Below, one piece after another: positions 15,970 to 31,108 of a stretch of DNA of 33,716 nt. The translations under genes and the position numbers were made by a program. Origin of the DNA: an uncultured delta proteobacterium (GTDB lineage: Bacteria; Myxococcota_A; Polyangia; Polyangiales; Polyangiaceae); assembly GCA_903893335.1 (NCBI GenBank), contig CAITLX010000648.1:1-33716 (forward strand), in the 5' to 3' direction. A model generated the notes under the pieces. It saw only the letters and a list, made by a program, of their open reading frames with translations, ran no database searches and was not told the DNA's origin. The stretch's first letter is position 1. The number at the start of each line of letters is the position of its first letter.

Positions 15970-17412
15970 CTACTTCGTCGCGGCGTCGTCGCCGACGGCG
16001 TGCTCGAGCCGCAGGCGCGACACGCGCTGATCGATGCGAGCGTTGACGACCTCGAGCTCGGCGCGCAGCAGCTCGGACTCGGCGTCGGTCAGCTCGCTGC
16101 TCGTCGCGCGGCCGTTCTTGAACAGCTCGCGCCGCACCCGGTACGACTCCTCGGCGGCGGCGTGCTCGCGCACGCTCGTCTCGGCGGCGACGTCGGCCTC
16201 GCGCACGGCCTGGTTGGCCTGCGTGACCTCGAGGCGCACGCCGTCGCGCAGGCCCATCTTCTGGGCCTCGGTCTGCGCCGCGCGCGCGGCCATCTCGGCC
16301 CCCTGCGCGCCCGCCGAGAACACGTCGTTGGGCGTCCACGTCACCTGCACGCCGACGTCCCAGGTGAACTTGTACTCGTCGGACTGGGGGAAGAAGCGCG
16401 GGTGCGGGTTGGCGTAGTACGCGTCGGCGAAGCCGTCGATGCGCGGGAGCTGCGAGGCCTTGATCGCCTTCGTCTGCTCGCGCAGCGACCACACCGTCTC
16501 GTCGAGGGCGCGCACCTCGAGCCGCTTGTCGAACGCGCGCGCGATGAGCGCGTCGAGCGAGCGCGCCCCCTCGACGGGCGGCAGGCTCGAGCGCAAGTCC
16601 TCGCCGACGTCGTAGGAGCGCCTCACCTCGTCGTGCATCGCGACGCGCAGCGCCTCCTCGGCCACGAGCGCGAAGTCCTCGGCGCGCGCCACCAGCAGCT
16701 CGGCGCCCGCGACCTGCGACTCGACGCGCAGCGCGTCGGCCTTCGACGCGGTGCCGACCTCGAACGCGTGGCGCACGTCGTCGAGGTGCCCGCGCGCCTG
16801 CGCGAGCCCCTGCGAGGCGACCGAGTGCTGCGCGCGCGCGCGCACCCAGGTGTAGTAGGAGACGCGCCCGTCGAGCACGGCCTTGAGGCGCGCAGCGTGC
16901 TCGTCGAGCCGCGCCGCCTTCTCGCCGTGCGAGGCCGCCGCGAGCTGCTGCGAGGTGCGCAGCACGTAGTCGCTGAAGGGCACGCCGACGTTGGCCTGGA
17001 AGTAATACTGGTTGAGGAAGACGGGGAACGCGAAGGCCACCGCCGCGGTCGGCGTCGGGTTGATCGACCCCGGCGGAAGCGGCGTCGCGACGAAGCTGCC
17101 CGAGCCGAGCGACGGCATCTCGATGCTCGACAGGCGCGTGTAGCGCCCGGTGAGCGCGACGCGCGGGACGTAGGCGATGATGGCCTGGTCGACCCGGGCG
17201 CCAGCCGCCGCGACCGCCTCGCGCTTGGCGCGGACGTCGAGGCTGCTCGACAGCGCGCGCTCGGCGACCTGCTCGGAGGTGAGCCCCCCGGCGACGGGCG
17301 GAGGCGTGAGGTCGGTCAGCGTTCGCTCGGCCCCCGGACGCTCTGCGCGCGCCCCGGCGGCGGTGGCGAGGATGGCGAGCGCGAAGAGCGGAAGCGAGCG
17401 GACGTGTCTCAC
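15970..17412 (-). CDS. TolC-family outer-membrane efflux protein (480 aa), monocistronic
   Basis: GTG at 17412 with GGGAGG 7 nt upstream. Signal peptide VRHVRSLPLFALAILATAAGARA. Two TolC-like repeat halves have long helical segments with short strand segments between them (AYVPRVALTGRYTRLS; PRIDGFADAYYANP; WDVGVQVTWTPND). Confidence 0.85.
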   Translation of the reverse strand: MRHVRSLPLFALAILATAAGARAERPGAERTLTDLTPPPVAGGLTSEQVAERALSSSLDVRAKREAVAAAGARVDQAIIAYVPRVALTGRYTRLSSIEMPSLGSGSFVATPLPPGSINPTPTAAVAFAFPVFLNQYYFQANVGVPFSDYVLRTSQQLAAASHGEKAARLDEHAARLKAVLDGRVSYYTWVRARAQHSVASQGLAQARGHLDDVRHAFEVGTASKADALRVESQVAGAELLVARAEDFALVAEEALRVAMHDEVRRSYDVGEDLRSSLPPVEGARSLDALIARAFDKRLEVRALDETVWSLREQTKAIKASQLPRIDGFADAYYANPHPRFFPQSDEYKFTWDVGVQVTWTPNDVFSAGAQGAEMAARAAQTEAQKMGLRDGVRLEVTQANQAVREADVAAETSVREHAAAEESYRVRRELFKNGRATSSELTDAESELLRAELEVVNARIDQRVSRLRLEHAVGDDAATK

Positions 17413-17610
17413 GAGGGAACCTCCCAGAGTTGGCGACGTGCCTTGAGAGCCGACGGCGCTTTGTGCGGGTTTGCGGGGCGGTTGGCAAGCTCGGATCGAG
17501 CGTCTCGCCGCTCGGGGAGCGCCCAGACGGCCCGGGCGACCCCGAACGGCCGGGTTGCCGGAGCCCAAACAGCGGTGCTACAAGGTCATTTCTCAATCTT
17601 TAGTTTTCCG

Positions 17611-18615
17611 ATGCGACAATCTATCGCCCTGTGCGTCAGCCTCCTCGTTTCCCTCGCCTGCGGGTGCGCGGACGGCGGCGCGCGCGACGACGCGCTGCGG
17701 ATCTCGGCCTTCAGCGTGGTGCGCGAGGCCTACGACCAGGCCGTGCTGCCCGCCTTCGCGCGCGCCTGGCGAGCCCGCACGGGGCGCACCCCGCGCTTCG
17801 AGGTCTCGTACGGCGCGAGCGGCGCGCAGTCGCGCGCGGTGGTCGGGGGGTTCGACGCCGACGTGGTGGCGTTCTCGATGCAGGCCGACGTCGACAGGCT
17901 CGCCGCCGCGGGCCTCGTGACGCACGACACGCACGCCGCGCCGCACGACGGCATGGTCACGCGCTCGATCGTCGCGCTCGCGGTGCGCGCCGGCAACCCG
18001 AGGCGCGTCACGGGCTGGAGCGACCTCTCCCGCCCGGACGTGTCGGTGCTCACGGCCAACCCGCGCACGAGCGGCGGCGCGACCTGGAACGTCGCCGCCA
18101 TCCTCGGCGCCGCGCGGCGCGCGCACACCGGGCGCAGCGACGAGCAGGTGCTGCAAGGCGTGCTCGCGCGGGTCGACATCCTCGACCGCAGCGGGCGCGA
18201 CTCGGTGCAGACCTTCGAGCGCGGCATGGGCGACGTCGTCGTCACGTACGAGAACGAGATCGTCGTGGGGCGCCGCTCCGGCCAGACCTACGAGCAGGTC
18301 ACCCCGCGCTCGACGCTGCGCATCGACAACCCCGCGGCGCTGGTCGACGCGTACGCCGACGCGCACGGGCGCCGCCCGATCGCCGAGGCGTTCCTCGCCT
18401 TCCTGCGCTCGCCCGAGGCGCAGCGGGCCTTCGCCGACTGGGGTCTGCGCCCCGTCGACCCCGGCGTCGCGCGCGAGACCGAGGGGCGCTTCGCGCCGGT
18501 CGACGACCTCTTCACCATCGCCGACCTCGGCGGCTTCGGGGCGCTGCAGCGCGAGGTGTTCGCGCCCGGCGCCGTGTGGGACAGGGCCTTCGCCGCGGCG
18601 CGGAGGCCCCGGTGA
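17611..18615 (+). CDS. sbp: Sulfate/thiosulfate ABC transporter substrate-binding lipoprotein (334 aa)
   Basis: ATG at 17611. Lipobox-like LVSLACGC. Sbp/CysP-like blocks SYGASGAQSRAVVGGFDADVVAFSMQADVD, VLTANPRTSGGATWN, and GMGDVVVTYENE. Confidence 0.9.
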   Translation: MRQSIALCVSLLVSLACGCADGGARDDALRISAFSVVREAYDQAVLPAFARAWRARTGRTPRFEVSYGASGAQSRAVVGGFDADVVAFSMQADVDRLAAAGLVTHDTHAAPHDGMVTRSIVALAVRAGNPRRVTGWSDLSRPDVSVLTANPRTSGGATWNVAAILGAARRAHTGRSDEQVLQGVLARVDILDRSGRDSVQTFERGMGDVVVTYENEIVVGRRSGQTYEQVTPRSTLRIDNPAALVDAYADAHGRRPIAEAFLAFLRSPEAQRAFADWGLRPVDPGVARETEGRFAPVDDLFTIADLGGFGALQREVFAPGAVWDRAFAAARRPR

Positions 18616-19433
18616 GGCGCCCGCTCGGGACGCGCGCCCCGCTGCTGGCGGTGCGGGGCGCCGCCCTCGCCTACCTGCTCGCGTTCGTCGCGCTGCCGGT
18701 CGCCGCGCTCGCGCGCGAGGGGTTTCGCGGCGGCGCGGCGAAGTTCGTCGCCGCGCTCGCCTCGGACCAGGCGCGGGCCGCGCTCGGGCTCACGCTGAAG
18801 GTCGCGCTCGCGATGGCCGCCGTCAACGCCGTCATGGGCACCTGGATCGCGTACGTGCTCGTGCGCCGCCCCTTCCCGGGGCGCGCCGTCGTCGACGCGC
18901 TGGTCGATCTCCCGTTCGCGATCCCGACGCTCGTGACGGGCGTCATGCTCGTCGCGCTCTACGGCCCGCAGTCCACCCTCGGCGCGCTCGCCGGAGCGAG
19001 CGGGCTGCGCCTGATGTACGCGCCGCCGGGCATCGTGATCGCGCTGCTCTTCGTCACGCTGCCGTTCGTCGTGCGCGCGGTGCAGCCCGTGCTGCTCGAG
19101 CTCGACGTCGGGCAGGAGGAGGCCGCCCTCACCCTCGGCGCGTCGCCGTGGACGGCGTTCCGCCGCGTGCTGCTGCCGCCGCTGGTGCCCGCGATCACCA
19201 GCGGCACCCTGCTGAGCTTCGCGCGCGCGCTCGGCGAGTTCGGCGCCATCGTCGTCGTCTCGGGCAACATCCCAGGCCGCACGCTCACCGCGGCCGTGCT
19301 CGTCTACGGCGAGATCGAGAGCGGCCGCCCCCAGGTCGCCGCGGCCGTGTCGACCGCGCTGCTCTCGTTCGCGTTCGCGCTGATCGTCACGGTCGACTGG
19401 CTCCAGCGCAGGGCTCGCCATGCCGTCCTCTGA
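18612..19433 (+). CDS. cysT: Sulfate ABC transporter permease CysT (273 aa)
   Basis: The GTG at 18612 overlaps the sbp TGA as GTGA. Permease EAA loop EEAALTLGASPWTAFRRVLLP and the SFARALGEFGAIVVVSGNIPG block. Confidence 0.9.
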   Translation: MRRPLGTRAPLLAVRGAALAYLLAFVALPVAALAREGFRGGAAKFVAALASDQARAALGLTLKVALAMAAVNAVMGTWIAYVLVRRPFPGRAVVDALVDLPFAIPTLVTGVMLVALYGPQSTLGALAGASGLRLMYAPPGIVIALLFVTLPFVVRAVQPVLLELDVGQEEAALTLGASPWTAFRRVLLPPLVPAITSGTLLSFARALGEFGAIVVVSGNIPGRTLTAAVLVYGEIESGRPQVAAAVSTALLSFAFALIVTVDWLQRRARHAVL

Positions 19434-20301
19434 GGCCACCGCCGCCGTCCGCATCGGCGCGCGCCCCCCGCTGCGCCCAGGCGCCGCGCTCGGCCGCGTG
19501 CTGCTGCTGCTCGTGCCCGGCGCGTACCTCGCCGCGCTGCTGCTCGCGCCGCTCTTCGCCGTGGTGCGCGCGGCCTTCGCCCACGGGCCGCTCGCCTTCG
19601 CGGCCGCCGTGTCGTCGCCGCTCGCGCTGCACGCCTTCGCGATGACGGCGCTGACCACCGCGGTCGCCGTCGTGCTCAACACGGCGTTCGGGCTCGCGAT
19701 CGCGTGGGTGCTGGTGCGCGACGACTTCCGCGGGCGGCGGCTGCTGTCGGGGCTGGTCGATCTCCCCTTCGCCGTGTCGCCCGTGATGATCGGCCTGATG
19801 GCGATGCTCCTGTTCGGCACCGGGGGCTGGCTGCTGCCCGCGACGCGCGCGCTGCACCTGCGCGTGCTGTTCGGGTGGCCCGCGATGGCGCTCGCGACCA
19901 CGTTCGTGTCGCTCCCGCTGGTCGTGCGCGAGCTCGTGCCGGTGCTCGAGGAGGCCGGCATCGCCGAGGAGGAGGCCGCGCGCACGCTCGGCGCGAGCCG
20001 GTGGCAGACGCTGCGCCACGTCGTGCTCCCCACCGTCCGCTGGGGCCTGCTCTACGGCGTCGTGCTCACGACGGCGCGCTGCCTCGGCGAGTTCGGCGCG
20101 GTCTTGCTCGTCAGCGGCGCGATGCCCGGGCAGACCGAGACCGCGACGCTGCTCGTCTACCGCCTGCTCGAGGAGCGACGCGACGCCGAGGCGCACGCGG
20201 TCGCCGTGGTGCTCGCGACCGCGTCGGTCGCGCTGCTCGCGGCGATGAAGCTCGTCGAGTCGCGCCGCAACCGCGAGCACGCGGCGGAGGGTGCGGCGTG
20301 A
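19420..20301 (+). CDS. cysW: Sulfate ABC transporter permease CysW (293 aa)
   Basis: The ATG at 19420 overlaps the cysT end by 14 nt. Motifs [21 protein letters not shown] and [15 protein letters not shown]. Confidence 0.9.
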   Translation: MPSSEATAAVRIGARPPLRPGAALGRVLLLLVPGAYLAALLLAPLFAVVRAAFAHGPLAFAAAVSSPLALHAFAMTALTTAVAVVLNTAFGLAIAWVLVRDDFRGRRLLSGLVDLPFAVSPVMIGLMAMLLFGTGGWLLPATRALHLRVLFGWPAMALATTFVSLPLVVRELVPVLEEAGIAEEEAARTLGASRWQTLRHVVLPTVRWGLLYGVVLTTARCLGEFGAVLLVSGAMPGQTETATLLVYRLLEERRDAEAHAVAVVLATASVALLAAMKLVESRRNREHAAEGAA

Positions 20302-21359
20302 GCATCGAGGTCCGCCACGTCACCAAGCGCTTCGGCGGCTTCGTCGCCTCCGACGACGTCTCGTTCGTCGCGCCCGAGGGGCAGGTCACCTCGCTGCTCG
20401 GCCCGAGCGGCTCGGGCAAGAGCACGCTGCTGCGCGTCATCGCCGGGCTCGAGCCCCCCGACGCGGGCGAGGTCTACATCACCGGCAGCGACGCGACCTG
20501 GGTGCGCGCGCAGGACCGCGGCGTCGGGTTCGTGTTCCAGCACTACGCGCTGTTTCGCCACATGACCGTCGCCGAGAACGTCGGGTTCGGCCTCGTCGTG
20601 CGCAAGCAGAAGCGGAGCGAGGTGCGCGCCCGCGTCGCGGAGCTCCTGCGGCTCGTGCAGCTCGACGGGCTCGCCGACCGCTACCCCGCCCAGCTCTCGG
20701 GCGGCCAGCGCCAGCGCGTGGCGCTCGCCCGCGCGCTCGCTCCGAGGCCGCGGGTGCTGCTGCTCGACGAGCCGTTCGGCGCGCTCGACGCGCGCGTGCG
20801 CGAGGAGCTGCGGGCCTGGCTGCGCAAGCTCCACGACGAGGTCCACATGACGACGCTGCTCGTCACGCACGACCAGGAGGAGGCCATGGAGCTGTCCGAC
20901 CGCGTCGTGGTCATGAACCGCGGCAAGATCGAGCAGGTGGGCTCGCCCGACGACATCTACGACCAGCCCGCCACGCCGTTCGTCGCCGAGTTCATCGGCT
21001 CGACCAACCGCCTCGAGGTCAAGCTCGACGGCGACCGCGCGTCGGTCGAGGGGCACCGCGTCGATCTCCCTCCGGGCGTGCTGCAGCGCGACGGCTCGGG
21101 CGAGTCGGTCGCGTGGTACGTGCGGCCGCACGAGGTCGAGCTGCGGCTCGTGTCGGGGCGCGGGGCGATCCCGTCCGACGTCGTGCGCATCATGCGGCTC
21201 GGGTGGGTCGTGAAGCTCGAGCTGCGCCTCCCGAGCGGGCGCGTCGTGCTCGTGCAGCAGACGCGCGAGCAGGTCGACGAGCTCGGGCTCGCGCCCGGCG
21301 ACCTCGTCTACCTCGCCCTGCGCGGCGCCAAGGCGTTCCCGGCCGCGTATTCGATCTAA
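20298..21359 (+). CDS. cysA: Sulfate/thiosulfate ABC transporter ATP-binding protein CysA (353 aa)
   Basis: The GTG at 20298 overlaps the cysW TGA as GTGA. Walker [10 protein letters not shown], signature LSGGQRQR, Walker [13 protein letters not shown]-loop VTHD, and a CysA-type C-terminal regulatory domain. Confidence 0.95.
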   Translation: MSIEVRHVTKRFGGFVASDDVSFVAPEGQVTSLLGPSGSGKSTLLRVIAGLEPPDAGEVYITGSDATWVRAQDRGVGFVFQHYALFRHMTVAENVGFGLVVRKQKRSEVRARVAELLRLVQLDGLADRYPAQLSGGQRQRVALARALAPRPRVLLLDEPFGALDARVREELRAWLRKLHDEVHMTTLLVTHDQEEAMELSDRVVVMNRGKIEQVGSPDDIYDQPATPFVAEFIGSTNRLEVKLDGDRASVEGHRVDLPPGVLQRDGSGESVAWYVRPHEVELRLVSGRGAIPSDVVRIMRLGWVVKLELRLPSGRVVLVQQTREQVDELGLAPGDLVYLALRGAKAFPAAYSI

Positions 21360-21370
21360 GCTGCGCCTCG

Positions 21371-22180
21371 ATGCGCCTCCGCAGGCCCGCCCTCGCGCTC
21401 GCCGCGCTGTCGCTCGTGGCGACGCTGCCGCGCGCGTCGCGCTCGGCGCCTGGCAGGGTCGACGTCGACGTGGACGGCTACGCGGGGCGCACGACCGGCG
21501 GCTGGGCGTGCGGCCCCACCGCGCACACGACCTACGGCGGCGGCGCCGCGCAGGTGCGCTACGCCGACGCGCATGCGGGGACCCGCGAGGGTGGCGTCGC
21601 GGCGGTCGTGGGCGGCAGCGTCGCGCGCGAGACAAACCAGCGCATCGACCCGTCCGGGGGATGCGCGCCGGACGACACGCGCGGCGTCTGCGGCGAGGTG
21701 CCCGCGCCGCGCACGATGGCGGCGGTGCAGGGGCGGGCCGACTGGAGCGACGAGCGCTGGGGCGTCGGGGTCGGCGTCGGCAGCGCGCAGTGGTGGTCGA
21801 ACCACGACGACGCGCGCCCCTACTGGCACACCTGGCCCGCGTTCGACGCGCGCATCGGCCGCGTCTCGCCCGGAAGGACGTCGGCGCACGTCGGGCTCGG
21901 CACCACCGTCCCCACGATGGCCGCGCGCCCCGGGCTCTACGGCGGCGCCGTGCACACACCCGACGACGACATGGGGTGGGAGGCCTGGGGCTCGCTCACG
22001 CGCTGCGGCCCCTCGTTCGACCTCTGCGCGCGCGCCGATGGCGCCTTCACCTTCCCGCTCTCGCCGACGCTGCGCCTGCGCGCGGGGCTCTCGCTCGACT
22101 GGGTCGATGTCTCGCGCGCCGACCTGCGCGTGCAGGCGCTCGACCCTGCCGGCAGCGTCGGCCTCGGCGCCCGCTTCTGA
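21371..22180 (+). CDS. Secreted protein of unknown function, possibly an outer-membrane beta-barrel (269 aa)
   Basis: ATG 11 nt after the cysA stop. Signal peptide MRLRRPALALAALSLVATLPRASRSAP. Gly/Trp/aromatic-rich. The C-terminus is ...AGSVGLGARF, ending in Phe. Confidence 0.65.
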   Translation: MRLRRPALALAALSLVATLPRASRSAPGRVDVDVDGYAGRTTGGWACGPTAHTTYGGGAAQVRYADAHAGTREGGVAAVVGGSVARETNQRIDPSGGCAPDDTRGVCGEVPAPRTMAAVQGRADWSDERWGVGVGVGSAQWWSNHDDARPYWHTWPAFDARIGRVSPGRTSAHVGLGTTVPTMAARPGLYGGAVHTPDDDMGWEAWGSLTRCGPSFDLCARADGAFTFPLSPTLRLRAGLSLDWVDVSRADLRVQALDPAGSVGLGARF

Positions 22181-22224
22181 CCCCCTTTCTCGCGCCGCGC
22201 GGGGCGTGCTACGTCGGGGCCGCC

Positions 22225-23367
<1,143 letters not shown>

Positions 23368-23373
23368 CGCGAC

Positions 23374-24081
23374 ATGCGCCCCGCGCTCCCCTTCGTGACG
23401 CTCGTCGCGGTCGTCGCGCTGGTCGCGTGCGGGTCCGCGCCGCCGCCCCCCCCCGCGCCTCCCGCCGCGCCCGTGCGCGCCGCGCGGCCGCACCGGCCCG
23501 GCATGGCCATGAGCAGCGAGCTCGGCCAGCTCGACGCCGCACAGGTCGACGCGACCTTTCAGGGGCTGCTGCCGCAGCTCTCGGCGTGCCTCGAGCGGGG
23601 CGCGCGGGCCAACGAGCTTCTGTCGGGGCACGCGAAGCTCTTCGTGCGCATCGGCCAGGACGGCCGCGCGCGCTGGGCGTACCTCGTCGAGTCCACGCTC
23701 GGCGACCGCGACACCGAGCGCTGCATGCTCGAGTCGGCTCGGCGCGCGAGCTGGCCACCCCCCGAAGGAGGCGAGGGGCAGGCGCAGAAGGCCTTCGACT
23801 TCGACCTCGCCGCCGACGCGCGCCCGCCGGTCGCCTGGGAGCCCGCGCGCGTGCGCGCCGCCCTCGAGGCCGCGCGCCCCAAGCTCGCCGCGTGCGGGCC
23901 GCTCGCGGGGGCCACCGTCACGCTCTACGTCGGCACCGACGGCGCGGTCACGGCCGCCGGCGTCGCGCCCCGCGACGAGAAGGGCGAGGGCGCGATCGAC
24001 TGCGCCGCCGACGTGCTGCGCGCGCTCAAGCTCGACTCCCCCGGAAGCTGGCCCGCCAAGGTGACGGCGCGGCTCGACTGA
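23374..24081 (+). CDS. Lipoprotein with two AgmX/PglI-like (TonB-C-like) Cys-pair domains (235 aa)
   Basis: Lipobox VALVACG, then a Pro-rich linker. Two similar modules each carry a Cys pair: LSACLERG...TERCMLESARRASWPPP, and LAACGP...AIDCAADVLRALKLDSP. Confidence 0.75.
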   Translation: MRPALPFVTLVAVVALVACGSAPPPPPAPPAAPVRAARPHRPGMAMSSELGQLDAAQVDATFQGLLPQLSACLERGARANELLSGHAKLFVRIGQDGRARWAYLVESTLGDRDTERCMLESARRASWPPPEGGEGQAQKAFDFDLAADARPPVAWEPARVRAALEAARPKLAACGPLAGATVTLYVGTDGAVTAAGVAPRDEKGEGAIDCAADVLRALKLDSPGSWPAKVTARLD

Positions 24082-24088
24082 GGCCCCC

Positions 24089-25237
<1,149 letters not shown>

Positions 25238-25244
25238 GGCGCGC

Positions 25245-25258
25245 GGGGCGCGCGCCCC
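25245..25258. terminator. 14-bp perfect GC palindrome between convergent genes
   Basis: GGGGCGC|GCGCCCC. It lies in the 28-bp gap between the ACAD stop (25237) and the kinase stop (25266). Confidence 0.3.
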
Positions 25259-25265
25259 TACCCCG

Positions 25266-28559
<3,294 letters not shown>

Positions 28560-28574
28560 CGCGGGGCACCTCGC

Positions 28575-30062
28575 TCAGGGTTGCTGCGGGTCGCACTTGT
28601 CGTCGGGGCCGCACGGCGTCGACGACACGCCATGCGCGGACACGGCGAAGGTGTACGAGAGGCAAGTGAGCGGCGCGCCGGGCGCGCGCGTGACGCGCAG
28701 GTACCAGCGCTGCGAGTCGTCGATGCAGTCGTTGGGCTGGCCGTTGCGGCCGCAGACCGCCTGGCCGAGCGAGCCGAGGTTGAAGTCCACGCACCAGTCG
28801 TAGTCGCTCAGCGCGGCGTGCCCGCCGGTCGCGCTCGCGCAGTCGGCGGCGCGGAAGACGTCGAAGCGCAGCGTGCCGTTCGGCGCAGGCGCCGTGAAGT
28901 GCACCTGGAAGTGGAAGGAGTCGGCGTCCCCCTCGGGGGTGTCGAGCGCGTCGACCTGGTACCAGTCGGCGTCGTTGTCGGAGCCCATCGAGCCGGTGAC
29001 GACGACCGGGTTGGGGTCGACGTCGCTCACCGAGGCGATGGGGGTGGCCTTCGCGCACGCGTCGTTGGGCTCGCCGACCTCGGCCGAGCAGGTGCAGCCT
29101 GCCGCCTCGGGCGTCGAGGTGGGGTAGCGGGCCCAGCCCGGGTCGCACGCGCCGAACGCGCACGCGCCCGAGCCGCAGGCCCAGTGCGCGTGGGGGGGCG
29201 GCGCGCCCTTCTTCTTCGCGCAGAGCGCGTCGCCGGTGCCGTCGTCCTTCTTGCCGTTGCAGTCGTTGTCGACCGCGTCGCACGACTCGACCGCCGGCGT
29301 CAGCGCGTTGCAGCCCGTCCAGCTCGCCGACTTGCCGTCGCAGTGCTCCTTGCCGAGGCAGGTGCCGATGGCGTTCTTCTGCGAGCAGTTGCGCTCGACG
29401 CCGTCGCGCTTGGGGCCGCAGGCGCAGGCGCCGTCGGTCACGGGGGTGCACCAGGCGTCCTCGCGCTTCGGGATGCCCGCGTCGCCCGCGCCGTCGGCGG
29501 ACGCGTCCGAGGGGCCGCCCGCGTCGGGCGGGGGGCCGGCGTCGGCGCCGCTCGCCGTCTTGCAGGCGTAGCCGGTCGGGCAGACGCCGTCCCAGCTGCA
29601 GTCGCGCGAGCAGTAGTTGTCGCCGAGCGGCGCGGTGGCGCAGCGGTCGGACGCGCCGCACGACGTGTCGCTCGCGCACGGCGCGCAGAGCAGCCCGAGG
29701 TCGGGGAGGCACTGGTAGCCCTTGCCCGCGACCCAGGCGCAGTACGCGCCGCCCGGGCACGCGCCGGCCGTGCACGCGACGGTGCACACCTTGTCGGTGC
29801 CCTTGGGGCCGATGGCGGTGCACTGACCCGAGGTGCACTGCGCCGCGGAGGAGCAGGTGGCGCCGAACGTGCCCGGGGCAGCCGCGTCGCTCTTGCCGGG
29901 GAACTTGGTGACCTCGTCGGCGGCGTCGCCGACACCCGCGTCGTCGAGCGTGCCCTCGTCGTCGGCCGAGGTGCCCGAGGCGCACCCCGCGAACAACCCG
30001 AGAGCGACCGCGGCAGCGGCGAAGAAGGAGGGGCGGAGCGCGGGGGTTCGGCGGGGCGGCAT
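28575..30062 (-). CDS. Cys-rich secreted lipoprotein with a DNDCNG-type putative metal-binding motif and a PPC-like (EPND...DWY) C-terminal domain (495 aa)
   Basis: The ATG at 30062 gives MPPRRTPALRPSFFAAAAVALGLFAGC (lipobox). About 40 Cys by my count. Motifs CDAVDNDCNGKKDDG and EPNDACAKATPI...GSDNDADWYQV. The stop is 15 nt before the kinase start. The track start at 30158 (GTG) would add 32 non-signal-like residues. Confidence 0.8.
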   Translation of the reverse strand: MPPRRTPALRPSFFAAAAVALGLFAGCASGTSADDEGTLDDAGVGDAADEVTKFPGKSDAAAPGTFGATCSSAAQCTSGQCTAIGPKGTDKVCTVACTAGACPGGAYCAWVAGKGYQCLPDLGLLCAPCASDTSCGASDRCATAPLGDNYCSRDCSWDGVCPTGYACKTASGADAGPPPDAGGPSDASADGAGDAGIPKREDAWCTPVTDGACACGPKRDGVERNCSQKNAIGTCLGKEHCDGKSASWTGCNALTPAVESCDAVDNDCNGKKDDGTGDALCAKKKGAPPPHAHWACGSGACAFGACDPGWARYPTSTPEAAGCTCSAEVGEPNDACAKATPIASVSDVDPNPVVVTGSMGSDNDADWYQVDALDTPEGDADSFHFQVHFTAPAPNGTLRFDVFRAADCASATGGHAALSDYDWCVDFNLGSLGQAVCGRNGQPNDCIDDSQRWYLRVTRAPGAPLTCLSYTFAVSAHGVSSTPCGPDDKCDPQQP

Positions 30063-30188
30063 CGGGCTGGGTGGCGGGACGCTCCGGCGAGAATGCGACC
30101 GGCAGGACCACAACCTTACGCTCCCGGCGTGCGCCGGGTCAAACGCGGGCGGTGACACGCCCCGCGATCCGCGCTAGAGCCGCGCCGC

Positions 30189-30875
30189 ATGCGAGCTTCC
30201 GTCGTCGTGTTCCCGGGCTCCAACGCCGACGCCGAGATGATCCACACGCTGCGCGATCTCGTGCGGCTGCCCACCGAGGTCGCCTGGCACAAGGACGCCG
30301 AGCTTCCGCCGGACACCGATCTCGTCGCCATTCCGGGGGGCTTCTCGTACGGCGACTACCTGCGCTGCGGGGCGATCGCGCGCGTGAGCCCCATCATGGC
30401 CGCGGTGCGGCGGCACGCCGAGCGCGGCGGCTGGGTCATCGGCGTGTGCAACGGCTTCCAGATCCTCACCGAGGCCGGGCTGCTGCCGGGTGCGCTTACG
30501 CAGAACCAGCACCTGCGCTTCGAGTGCCGCGACGTCTACGTCACGCCCGCCGCCGACGGCCCCTTCACGCGCGGCCTGCCCAGCGTGCTGCGCCTGCCCA
30601 TCGCGCACGCCGAGGGGCGCTACCAGGCCGACGCAGCCACGCTCGAGCGCCTCGAGCAGGGCGGCCTCGTGGCGTTCCGCTACTGCGACGCAGCCGGCGC
30701 GGTCGGCGGAGCGGCCAACCCCAACGGCGCCATGCACGACATCGCGGGCATCTACGGCGGGCCGCGCAAGAACGTGCTCGGCCTGATGCCGCACCCCGAG
30801 CGCATGAGCGAGCCGCTCGTCGGCGGGGCCGACGGCCGGCGTCTCTTCGACGCGCTCGTCGCGGCGGCGTCGTGA
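30189..30875 (+). CDS. purQ: Phosphoribosylformylglycinamidine synthase subunit PurQ (glutaminase; 228 aa)
   Basis: Motifs VVVFPGSNADAEM and GGFSYGDYLRCGAIA. Nucleophile context VIGVCNGFQIL. Motifs NPNGAMHDIAGI and GLMPHPER. Confidence 0.95.
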   Translation: MRASVVVFPGSNADAEMIHTLRDLVRLPTEVAWHKDAELPPDTDLVAIPGGFSYGDYLRCGAIARVSPIMAAVRRHAERGGWVIGVCNGFQILTEAGLLPGALTQNQHLRFECRDVYVTPAADGPFTRGLPSVLRLPIAHAEGRYQADAATLERLEQGGLVAFRYCDAAGAVGGAANPNGAMHDIAGIYGGPRKNVLGLMPHPERMSEPLVGGADGRRLFDALVAAAS

Positions 30876-31108
30876 GCGAGGCCCCGGTCGGCGCGCGGCG
30901 CGCGGCCTCTGCGTGGCGCTTCGTCGGCGCGGCGACCGCGGCCTTCGGCGTGCCGTCCGCGGCGATCGTCGCGGGGGTGCTGGCGATCGCTCCCGCCTCG
31001 CGCGGCGAAGCCGCCGCCGCCTGCGTAGCCGCTGCGACACCCTTCGCGTTCGCTGCCTTCGCGCTCCGGCGCGCGTCGCGGCTCGCGTCGGCGCGAGGCG
31101 GCGTTTGA
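30872..31108 (+). CDS. Possible small Ala-rich two-helix membrane peptide (78 aa); weakly supported
   Basis: The GTG at 30872 overlaps the purQ TGA as GTGA. Its stop overlaps a TTG at 31105 as TTGA. Hydrophobic stretches FVGAATAAFGVPSAAIVAGVLAIA and AAACVAAATPFAFAAFAL. The composition is also compatible with non-coding GC-rich DNA. Confidence 0.3.
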   Translation: MSEAPVGARRAASAWRFVGAATAAFGVPSAAIVAGVLAIAPASRGEAAAACVAAATPFAFAAFALRRASRLASARGGV

